DNA from: Lama guanicoe
Taxonomy: Eukaryota
Reading direction: 5' to 3'
NCBI GenBank assembly: GCA_013239625.1
Contig: MU055549.1
Coordinates: forward strand, 682,001-746,000
DNA length: 64,000 nucleotides
Shown here: positions 1 to 31,227 of the stretch, piece after piece
How positions within the stretch are numbered: the stretch's first letter is position 1
How the letters are laid out: each line of letters begins with the position of its first letter
Notes under the pieces: generated by a model
Databases searched by the model: none
The model's input: the letters and a program-made list of their open reading frames with translations, nothing else
What the model was told of the DNA's origin: nothing
Translations under genes and position numbers: made by a program

Positions 1-163
1 GCAGGTGAAGGTCGTGTCAGCAGATGCCAGACCCACCCCCGCACCTGGGCCTGGAGACCCTCCCCACGGCGCGGGGGGCTTGGGCGGCTCCCGGGCCGTA
101 GCGGGTGGGCCCGTGGCGTTCCCCGGGCGGCCTCGGGTAACTGCGGCACTTGTGTCCCTGAAG

Positions 164-20706
<20,543 letters not shown>

Positions 20707-20908
20707 CGGGGCCGCCTTCTCCCCCAGCCCCTCCCCGCAGGCCCTCTCCGCAGCCGGCTCAGCATTTCCTTCCTGGACCAGTGCCTCCCCTTTCTGGGGT
20801 CTCCCCAGTGGAGCCCCTCCTTCAGTGACCTCCCGCCAGGCTCCCAGGCAGGGACTCCACCCCCCCCCATTCTGCACAGCACGGCACCTGCAAGTCTCCA
20901 CCCTGAAG

Positions 20909-20986
20909 CCGGGGGCCCCGGGAGGGGGCTGGGCAGTGACCGGGGGCCCCGGGAGGGGGCAGGGCAGTGTGGGGGAGGGGGAGGGG
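20909..20986 (+). repeat. 31-bp G-rich tandem duplication plus G-runs in the CFAP46 3' UTR
   Basis: ccgggggccccgggagggggcWgggcagtg at 20909 and 20940, followed by gggggagggggagggg. Confidence 0.85.
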
Positions 20987-21164
20987 TGTGTCCCGCTGAC
21001 CCTAGAGCTGCCTGGACCTTCAGGCCTTCGGCTGCTCCAGGCTCTCCCTGTGCGGGCACTGGGTGGAGGACCCGCCTCCTGCAGGCCACAGCAGGAGGAG
21101 GCTGGCGGTTGGGCACCCCCCACCAAGCCTTGCACACCCTGGCTCTGAGTTGTTGAAGCGCTTC

Positions 21165-21170
21165 AGTAAA
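21165..21170 (+). terminator. Probable CFAP46 polyadenylation signal (variant AGTAAA)
   Basis: AGTAAA followed about 20 nt later by a GU-rich tract (ctgtgtttctgtg); I saw no AATAAA between the stop codon and this site. Confidence 0.55.
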
Positions 21171-22920
21171 CAGCTAAGTCAGCTTTTGAGCTGTGTTTCT
21201 GTGACCCCGGAAGCAGTGGCCAGCCGTGGCTCTGTGCCCCTCGCCCCATGCACCCCACCCCACTGCCAACGCCGGCGCCTTCCCACCCTCAAACCTCAAA
21301 GGGAAGGAACTGGCCACGCGGCACGCGCCCCCAAGCCTGCGGCCCAGCTTCCTGCACAGCGGCGGGGGCTCACATCCTGGGCAGGGCTCCGAGGGAAGGA
21401 CACAGTCACACGTGTCACTCGGCCCATGGGGCTGTGGCCATCGAACTGTGACCAGGAGGGACGGCCGACCAGGTCTAGGTGCCACGCTCCAGACAGCTCT
21501 TGGTGGAGTGGCCGGCACTGGACTTGCGGACCTGATGTCCCGGCCCACGGCAGGTTCCAGCTCCGCCTGTGCTGCAGAGCCAGCCGCCTCCCGCGGGCAT
21601 GGGGGCCGGGAGCCGTCAGGCTGGGCCCAGCAGTGACCTCGGTTCCCCCCATGCTGAGGGACCAGAAGTGGCAAAGTGCCCACGCGGGGAGTCCTCTGGG
21701 CGGTCCTGCTGCACCACCCACGTTTGTCCTGCCCTCACCGACCACTCCTGGGTGTTTCACCGTCTGTGGTCACCTCTGATGGCCGGGCTGGGGACCCCTC
21801 GAGGGAGCAGCCTTTGTCCAATGCCAGGACATGGTGGGGCTCAGTGACGTCTGCTGAGTGAGTGACTGGACGGGTGAATGAGGGAGGCGAGAGCCTGTGG
21901 AAGGCGCCATGGGTCCTGGGGCTGAGCCTCAGGGGGCAGGGCACGTCGGGGGGCAGTGGGAGGTTGATGTGGGACGCAGGGTGATGGCAGATTCCAAGGG
22001 ACGGGAGGTGGGTGAGGGGCCCCATCCTGGATTGCAGAGTCCCCCCACAGAGCTCGACATCCAGCCACCGCCCGTGGTCTCTGCCGTGGATGGAGTGAAC
22101 CTGGGAGAGGCCACTGTCCCTAGAGCTGGACACTCAGCCGGAATTGAGGGCGGTTGTAGGAAGGACAGATGCCACAGTCACCAGGGAAGGGCCTCACACC
22201 ACACCCAGGCCAACCTGGCCCACGGGGGCACAGAGCCTCCCAGGCTGAGGGAGACCAGCCCCGGTCTCTCTGGAGTGAAGCCCACCCCGTTAGAGGGCAC
22301 GCAGGTGGGGGCACAGGAGAGGTCACGGTCCCCCTGGCACTGGGCCCTCAGGGGACCCCAGCCGGGGGCTGCTCGGGCTGCTCTGTCCAGGAGTCCCTGG
22401 GGCTCCTGGTCCTGTCAGCGCTGTTCTGCCAGCCTCCGAGCACAGGTGTGGGGTCTGTACGGAAGTCCCGCCCCCATGCAAGCCCTGTCTCCTGCCTGTC
22501 TCACCGGGAGACCTCTCTGGCCTCTGAGCACCCACTCTGGGGCCAACTGGCAGCCGGAGGCAGCCACCCAAAGGCCAGAGGGCGCCAGGCCCCAGGCGAA
22601 TTGATCCTGGTCACCGCCTGGGCTGGGAGGCCCAGAGCTGAGCACACGGGAAGGGGAGCAGCCTCAGAGGGCTCCCCAGGCTACAGGAGCAGGCTCCGTG
22701 CTCCGTCCTGACCTCGCACTGGACCCTGGCTGGCGAGGCTGTGTCCCTGCAGCTCTGAGGTGCAAGGAGACCAGTCCCGAGACTTCCTGGGCTGAGACAC
22801 ATGACAGTCCAAGTAGCCAAAAAGAGCACAAATTAAGACCGTGACAAGATACCACTACCGTGTCTACTGAAACAGCTAAAAGGAACAACAGTGACAAACA
22901 CCAAATGCTGGTGCAGGCGC

Positions 22921-23122
22921 AGAGAGACAGACACACAGACACAGAGAGANNNNNNNNNNNNNNNNNNNNNNNNNNNNNNNNNNNNNNNNNNNNNNNNNNN
23001 NNNNNNNNNNNNNNNNNNNNNNNNNNNNNNNNNNNNNNNNNNNNNNNNNNNNNNNNNNNNNNNNNNNNNNNNNNNNNNNNNNNNNCAGACACACAGATGG
23101 ACACACACGACAAGACGCGGAT

Positions 23123-23153
<31 letters not shown>
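22921..23153. repeat. GA/CA low-complexity repeat with gap 22950-23085 and (AC)n at 23125-23153
   Basis: Directly visible. Confidence 0.9.
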
Positions 23154-23156
<3 letters not shown>

Positions 23157-23309
23157 GAGCCTATCTCGCACTGGTGGAAACAGAGTCAGGTCCACAGCCT
23201 GGATGGCGCCGTGGCACCGACCTCGACCTCCTGGTTTGCGCGTGTCCGGTGCTCCGGGGCCGCGTGTGTGCGCAGGGCGTGCTGCGCTGCCTGAGACGTC
23301 CCTGCGGCT

Positions 23310-23860
23310 CCCTGTGACTCTGCAATTAACTCACCAGGAAGAGTTTTTTCAAAGCTCGTCTTTGATTACGTTGAGGTGGCGATTCCCCTCTTTTGTGTTT
23401 GATTTTTTCCTTTTTTAAAATATATACACATACTCGTTGTAGTTTTTTTTTAAAGCTAACTGATGACCGGGGAATAAATTCACATCAAGCAGCGTTGGAA
23501 ATATGCGCTTTCTTCTAGAAAGATGTTGGCACCCACCCAAACAACAAGAATAAAAGCTTCTGGAAATATTTCATCCGCGCAGCGTCACATTTTCACCTGA
23601 TGCCGTGTCTGCTCATGTGAGAAATGTTAACCGTGAGTGCTGGGCCGTGTATCAAAGGATCTAAAACACCTTCCTGAATTATGTCCCGGCAACATGACAA
23701 ATCACAGTATCAATTAGCTTCTCCAGCAGAAGTGGCGTTCTGTAATATATTCAGGCATGAAGAAACTGCGCAGGTGAAATTTATGTAACCCTAAAAACTG
23801 TTAAGGAGAAAAAAGATCACTTGGAATTTATTGGTAATAATAGGAGACAGTGTAATTGGA
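23310..23860. promoter_or_regulatory. Candidate conserved non-coding element (enhancer)
   Basis: AT-rich, non-repetitive island in a GC-rich background, with several TAAT/ATTA cores. Confidence 0.5.
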
Positions 23861-25119
23861 ATGGTGGGCAGCCCTTGCAGAAAGGGTGACCAGACCTGCG
23901 GGTTCTGAATGTGCTCCAGAAAGGAGCAGGTGGGCGGTGGGCGCCCTGGCGCGAGGGGAGGGCCGGGGGCTCCGGGAGGCCGCCACCGCCCACGCCCAGC
24001 CTCCGCTCCCACCCGCAGCCGGCTCTGGTCCGAGCTGAGCACTGCCCATGCTCTGAGACCTTGAGCCGTTCACCCAGAGGCCCATCCTCTCCCCTGGAAA
24101 ATGTGACCCCCGGCCTCGGTCCACCCCTGACGGGGACCAGGAGGGCCCGACCCCGCCCATCAGGGAGGCGTGGTCCCTGCACCTGCCCCTCTGCGCCCGC
24201 CCCCGAGCCCAGGTGCCCCCCCCTCGACCGCCGCAACAGCCCGCAGACTGAGGAGTCAACCACTGGCTTAAAAGTTCCATTTGTTTTCTGAATTTATGTC
24301 TTGAAAATATTGATTTCCATATTTTTAAAGTAGAGAGCTTCTTTTAACAATATGTTTTATTGTAGGAAATTGGAGGGAAATTACAGGGAGGACACAGCCC
24401 ACACCCGAGGTCAGTGTTTTGATGGGTCTCTGGTTTCCCGTCTGCGTTTTCACCCAGCGAGCTCCTGTCCTGTCACCAGCAGGTCTCTGGTTTCACTCCA
24501 CACGGTGAAGGACTTCCCATTTCGCAACTTTAACCTGAATCCTTGTTGAAAGTGTCCCTACCCTCCAGCAGGCTGGCTGCACGCACGGAAGGTCCAGTGC
24601 GTCAGGGCCAAGGGTGCTCCCAGGATGGGGTGAGCCGTCGAGGGTCCCCATCGTTCCCGGGGAGGTGGGGGCTGAGTGGGGGCTGCAGCAGAGTGGACTG
24701 GGGGCCAAGGTCCTGTAGGCTGTGGAGCCTGGCCAGCCAGGGTTGGGGGTCATGTCACATGACCTGCCAGGTGGGCAGCTCCTGGCTCCGTGTGGACAAG
24801 TCCTCCTTCATCAAAGCCGGTAGCACAGCACCACCCAGGCCCAGACCACGGCCGTGCTCCACGTGGCCATTCCACGCCCTGTCTTCCACTGCTGGGGAGA
24901 CCCCGGCCTCGGTCTGCCCTGGTCTGGGGGCTCACACCTCCTGGCACCGGCACTCTGAGCCCCTGGATCCCTCCTGGGACCCTCAGGGGGATGCCTGGTG
25001 CCCACCCGAGGGCAGGGCCGCCCTCACCCGGTCTCCGCCCCAGGACAGGTCTGTGGTTCCACACTCCCTGTCCCTCTGGGCCTCGCTTGGGCCTACCCTC
25101 CTCTCCAAGCAGTTAACTG

Positions 25120-25570
25120 ACAATCATAGCTAAAACAGGCCTTGCAGATTGATTTGGATTAAGAAGTTAGGTGGGTTAATAAAACTAAAATGTTCATAGG
25201 CGCTTGTGTATAAATTTCTAGTGAGTTCCTTCATTCAGCACTGGTCTCTAATAGTTTAATTCCTGCATTAAATAATTAAAACTCTATTTTCAGTTGCTAT
25301 GAACAATTGTTTTCCTTAATGATCTTCCTGGAGGAGCCAGTAATTTTCTATCTTGTAAAAATGATTAACTGGCATCATTATCCCATATCTCTGAAATATA
25401 ACCAAGCAGCTTCAGGGAAGGCCATTTGTATTCAATTAACGCTCCCTCGCATTAAGACATACGGCATTACTTACCGCCGCACGCAGCCTGCTGTCCTCAT
25501 TTTACTATGACGATGATGGAGATGAAACAACCAGTTTAATTGTCCCGTTTCCAACAGAGAAATCAATTTT
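25120..25570. promoter_or_regulatory. Candidate conserved non-coding element (enhancer)
   Basis: AT-rich island dense in TAAT/ATTA, with a Sox-like AACAAT. Confidence 0.55.
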
Positions 25571-28500
25571 CACTGCGTCTCCACCCTCACAAAGAGCAGC
25601 CAGCCTGGTTCCCAGGAAGCAGATGCTGGGAGCTCCCTGTGGCTGGGGTGCCCGGGGCCAGGGGCGGCCTCTCCGTGGGGCAGCCGACTCTTGGAGGGGC
25701 CTGCGACCCTGCCTCTCGGGGTCTCGTCCTGTGGGGGCTGCCGGTGCCTCCCCACCCCTGCATCTCTCTGGTCCCCCCACGCCCAGCCCAGGGCTCCCCA
25801 GGGACAGCTCAGCTTGTGGGGCCAACACTGACCTCGGACAGACCTGGAGTCCACGTAAACTCGGAAGGGCTCCTGGGGGAGCAGCAGCCTGCAGCCCGCT
25901 CCCTTGTCGGGTGGCTCGAGGGCCGCGCCCTGCCTCACCGCTCAGTCACGGTGCTGCCGGCCAATGTGATCTAAGTGTTTGACATTTTTATCACGATTCA
26001 TTGAGACCAGAGGGGGTGATTAGATTAATACCCCTGTGCAGTTGGCTAATGGCTGGGACGGAGCTGATGAGGGCTCTTAAATTTTCTTATTAGAGATTTG
26101 AACTCTTTGTGACAAGAGGGGAGAGGTGGTGTCGACGAAACGATGCGGAGGCCTCCTCTGCCCCAGCGCCCTGGGTCTGGGGCCCCCACCGCCTCCCGTT
26201 TTCCAGGGCACCAGGCTCTGCAGTGGGTGCCCTGGGGGACAAACGGCCCAGGCGGAGACCAGCCCATCCTGACTGAGCCCAGGACCGGATGTCCTCGGAA
26301 ACGTTGCCCCTCGGGGCTTAGAACCATCCCCCAAAGCTGCAGCTGGAGGCCTCAGGGCACAAGGCAAATGGTGCCGGGCCCACGGGCAGCGGTCAGGGTC
26401 ACGTTTCCCAGGGAAACGTCCTGAATTCCTTGGATGAGAAGGCAGAGCAGGAGGCCAGGGGAGGACGTGTACCCGGGACCCTCAGCGACAGGCCGTCTCA
26501 ACTTCCCAAAACAAGGGTGGCTGGAGCCCACAGTGAGGAAGAAATAACCCAGGGGAGTCACAGACCTCCTGCCCCCTCCGCCCCGTGTCTGGGGTCTCGG
26601 GCCCAGTGAGGGGGTGGAGGACACTGGATTCCACTCCGAGGGGCCTGGCCCGGCACACCCAGCTGCCCTCAGGCTGGGCAGGGAGACTTGTGCCGCCCTG
26701 GACTTGCCCCCTGACCGAGTGTCTCCTCGTGCCTCAAACCATGCCTTCGGAGTGTTAGGTGGGACAGTGTGGGGTCCCTGGTCCCTGGGAGCGGACCCTC
26801 CCGGATCCAGGAGCACGGGTCCAAGGGCGGTCTGCTGATGAGGGTCAGGTCTAGGTGCTGGAAGCCTTGCGCCTTCTGCAGGACCCCGACCGCTGCGTGT
26901 GGGCCCTCCCAGTCCTGGCCCAGGACTCCAGGCAGCGGGGCATCTGCCCTCCCTCACCACCCCCTCCCCGAAGCTCAGGTGTGACACCGCCCACAGAAAG
27001 AGGCGCTGAGGCGGGGAGGGAGGGGGACGTTTGCTTCTCGTGGTGCTGCCAGCCACGCCTGTCTCCGGCTGTGGGGCGCCTGGAGAGCTCCTCAGCTCCC
27101 ACCCAGACCCCACACCCCTGCTCACACTTCCCAGGGACACTGCAGGGACCAGAGCCCCCGCCTGCCTCGGCCCCACCCCAGGGGCAGGCCGCACAGTGTC
27201 CCCCCACCCCCACATCAAGGTCTCAGATGACAGAGGGTGAACCAGACTGGGGGCACCGGGGGGCCCCACACTAGCCCGGCCCCTGAGTCTCCCGCCCTGA
27301 ACGTCCAGGCTGGGCGGCCTCTGGAAGGAAGCCTGTGGAGTCCCATCCTGCAGGCCCGGCCATGCCGGAGGGTGGGGCGCCCCCAGGAGGGGCCGCCGCA
27401 CGCGCTGCCCCCAGGGCTGGGCCAGGGCTGGGCAGGGGCAGGAGCAGAGGCCCCAGTTCTCTTCGCCCCTCCCCCAAAGCCCTCCAAATGGTCCCTTGGG
27501 GAGTTGCAGGAGTCCCCACCAGAATCGAGCTTACAGAATCGATCTGGCCTCACAGCCGGACACTGGGTCCAGTTCTGTCCAGGCAAGGGCAGTGAAGTGC
27601 TTGCCCACAGCTGTGTCCCACTCTCAGGTGAGGCATCCCAAGCACAGACCGAGTGTCATGCTCAGGCCTGGCACCGGGGCATCCTCTCTCGGACGGTCCT
27701 CTGGCCCCCAGCTGGTCCTGCACACCCAGACCTCTCCTCTCCCATCCCGGGGCTTGCTTCCCGCCCTGCCCTCGGCCCAGGGGACCTGACGGCTCTGGGC
27801 ACCACCTGTCTGTCTGTGCCGTGAGTCAGTGAGTTGAAGGTGCCGTGCCACCCTGAGGCTCTGGGACCACTTCCCCACCCCCCAGGTCTCCTCCCTGCCT
27901 CAGGCCTGCCTCTCCCAGGAAGCCCCTCTGACCCGCCTGGCCCTCTCTGTGCTCCTGGCTCCAGGTGGCACAGCTGGTTCTGAGCGGGAAGGGGCCCATC
28001 TCTAAGCCTCTGCCCAGGGGCTGGAGCTCTGCACACGTGGCAGGAGCTGGGAGCCGACCAGCTGGCCTCGGCTCCCCGAGCAGCCCAGCTCCTCCTCCAG
28101 AGTGGAGGATGGCACCCTGCCCCTTCACTCTCCTGCAGACACCACCTTCCAGACCCTTCTGTGCCCCGCCACACTGACCCACATTGTTCCTTCATGTGCT
28201 GCTTGTGAACCACTGGGACCCCGGACTCTTCCTAAACGTGCCAGCCTGGAATCCCCACGCAGGTGCCTCGGGCCGCCACCCTGCCTGAATTCCTGGGGGA
28301 GACAGGCAACCCCTCTGCCCTGCACAGCCACCTCCGCCCATGTGCCAGCCCATCAGGGCCCAGGCCTCCTGACAGGACCACTGATCCATCATTCTCGTAC
28401 AGGACAGTTTGGAGGTCACATAACAGGGTGATAGAAAGGAAAAGAACCCAAGGCAGGCACAGGCCAGAACAGTGGGCTAATCTATTTCCGCACAGTGGTA

Positions 28501-28592
28501 GATGTGAGAGACAGCGGAGAATTTTTAAAGCAAAATTACTTAAATTAGTGTAACCTGTCCGAAGAGTTGCTGTGATTAAGAATGGTACATGA

Positions 28593-28696
28593 GGGGGAGG
28601 GTGTAGCTCAGGGGTAGCCTGCATGAGGTCCTGGGTTCAAGCCCCAGTACCGCCACTAAAAATAAATAAATAAATAAAATAAATCACCCCCCCAAA
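28593..28696 (+). mobile_element. tRNA-derived SINE (camelid-type) with target-site duplication
   Basis: GGGGGAGGGTGTAGCTCAGGGGTAG (box A), GGGTTCAAGCCC (box B), (TAAA)n tail; TSD AAGAATGGTACATGA (28578-28592) and AGGACTGGTACATGA (28697-28711); TT|AAGA endonuclease-like site. Confidence 0.88.
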
Positions 28697-28739
28697 AGGA
28701 CTGGTACATGAACTTTCCCTCGCAAGTGCAGTCGGGTGT

Positions 28740-29080
28740 GAAACCTCTAACCACTTTAAAAGTACATGCTGCTCATTTGCTTGTAAACCAGTAACCGAGT
28801 CAAGGTGACACTGTCTTCTGAGGTGTAGATTTAGCAAGGAAAAAGAATTCAAAGAGCCAGCTGTTAACAGTACAAGGAGTCGTTTTATTTACTTTTTAAA
28901 ACGCTCTCACTTCTACAGGTGTATAAGCGCCTAATGCATATTAATTAATATTGATACTATTTTTAGAAGCCAACTGGAAATAAAGCTCACACACAAAATA
29001 TTTAATAGGCCGTATAATCTGCTTAATTTCCCCTGGAGGCAGACAAGGTGTATCAATTAGCTTGCTCTTGAAATATTTTA
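28740..29080. promoter_or_regulatory. Candidate conserved non-coding element (enhancer)
   Basis: AT-rich island with the palindrome ATATTAATTAATAT (28939-28952) and CAATTA. Confidence 0.5.
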
Positions 29081-30749
29081 GGACGGAGCACGTCACCAGG
29101 GCCCATAGAAACTGCAGGAAGAGACGAAGAGAGCGGCGGCGAGGGCCCGGGCCCCGGCAGCAGGACGCATCCAGGCGTTACAGGAACCAAGACACAGTTA
29201 CGGCTCCTTGAGTCCTTCCTGGAAGAATCACTTTTAAAAGCCTGAGCAATTCTGTGGTTTCCCTCTGAACTCAGGATGGGCTTCTGGTCCTCGCTGTCCC
29301 CAGCCTCTTACAGTATCGATGGCAATCTCCCTTTGCAGTCTCCCTCTAAAATTCCTGAGGAGACACAGGCTGGGGAGATTCCGCCGTCAGGAGCCAGGTG
29401 GTGACCGCCGCCCCCGGGCCCTGGCTGCTGTGCATGGGCAATGCCTGAGCCGCACAAACGGGGAGACTGGCCTGCACCCCTGTGGGCCACACTCGCCAGG
29501 AGCCCCATTTCTGTCCTCTGCCACCTGCAGCCCTCCTGTGAGCCCAAGCCACACAATGAAACCCCAAGCTCCCGCATCACTGCCTGGCCTGGACAGGCGG
29601 GCCCCGCGGCCAGAACCTGCACTGGAACCTGGACAGGTGGGACGAGGCACCGGGACCCAGGCCTGGGCCGGTGGGACCAGCTGGGGACACACAGAGCCCC
29701 TGGAATGGCGTGCTGGGCAGACGCGGGACTGAGAAGGGCTGCTGTCCGACAGGGAGACACGAGCTGCCCGCCTGTGACTGGCCGGCCTGTCTGTTCCCAG
29801 CAGGATGACCAGCCCCTTCCAAGTCACCTGCAACTGGGGCTAAGGTCCATAGGGAGCATGTCCACTAGGATGCAGGGTTAGGACATCTGGGTTTCACATC
29901 TTGGAGTCCAGCAACTGTTGGGGTCACACTTCTGCTCTTGGGTCCAGTGTTTTTTGCTGTTTTGTTTTGTTTTTTACACTGGGGCTAAAGTGCCCAGCTG
30001 TCCTGGGAGCAGGACAGTGGCAGCCTCCGCCGACCCCGGGGGCCACGTCGGAAGGGCCCCTGAGCAGACACAGCTGACCTGGGCAGTGTCTTTGGTTGTG
30101 GTGGCACCTGTCTTACCTGACCTCAGATCCCTGAGGAGTGATGCGACACTGACAGGGACAGGTGACAGGCACAAGTTTCAGGAACCAGGACAAGTGGGGA
30201 CAGAGGTCCAGGCTGCACTCCACACAGTGGCCAGCGGGGCAGGGAGGGCCTGCGGTGAGGACCCAGCAAACCAGGAGGCTCATGACGCCGCTAGCCCAGC
30301 GCCTGGAGAAGCCCGCGGCTCTGCAGCCAGTTAGGAGCCGGCCAGGGAGAACTCGCTCCGAGGGCAGGGCTGTGACGGACGCCCCGTGGTCCAGGACCGC
30401 CTTGCCCACCTCCAGCTTCGGGCAGCGCCTGACCAGCCACAGCTCTCCACTCGCAGATGCCGCTGCTGTTCAGGCCGCGCCCAGCAAGGGACTGGGCCTG
30501 ACAGACCCAGAGTTCACGGGGCAGGCTGTTCTGAACTCACATCCCCCGGAGAAAATGGTCCTTGAGCTGAAGTAAATGCAGGCCTTCCAGGACCCCAGCC
30601 CAGCCTCACCAGCCATGACAAAGGCCACTTGTCTGACACTCAGTCCCCAGGTGGGCTTTCATTGTTCTGTTAATAAAAGTAGTTCATGCTCATAGGAGAA
30701 CGCCCTAAAGCACAGCAGAGCAAACGAGAAGGGAGGGGGATCTGCCCTG

Positions 30750-31227
30750 CCCCCTCCTCCCCAGGCTCCCCCTCCTCCTCCCCAGGCTCCCCCTACTCCC
30801 CAGGCTCCTCCCTCCNNNNNNNNNNNNNNNNNNNNNNNNNNNNNNNNNNNNNNNNNNNNNNNNNNNNNNNNNNNNNNNNNNNNNNNNNNNNNNNNNNNNN
30901 NNNNNNNNNNNNNNNNNNNNNNNNNNNNNNNNNNNNNNNNNNNNNNNNNNNNNNNNNNNNNNNNNNNNNNNNNNNNNNNNNNNNNNNNNNNNNNNNNNNN
31001 NNNNNNNNNNNNNNNNNCCTCCTCCCCAGGCTCCCCCTCCTCCCTAAGATTCTCCCTCCTCCCCAGTCTCCCCTTCTTCCTCCCCAGGCTCCCCTTCCTC
31101 CCTAACCTCCTCCCTCCTCCCCAGTCTCTCCCTCCTCCCTAAGATTCTCCCTCCTCCCCAGTCTTTCCCTCCTCCTCAGGCTCCCCCTCCTCCCTAGTCT
31201 CCCCCTCTTCCTCAGGCTCCTCCCCAG
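30750..31227. repeat. Pyrimidine-rich minisatellite (about 18-19-bp unit ccctcctccccaggctcc) spanning gap 30816-31017
   Basis: Repeated units on both sides of the gap. Confidence 0.9.

Noticed and set aside
28593-28655. tRNA gene (box A and box B present)
   Set aside because: The anticodon arm is truncated, there is no full cloverleaf, and the A-rich tail and TSD identify it as a SINE.
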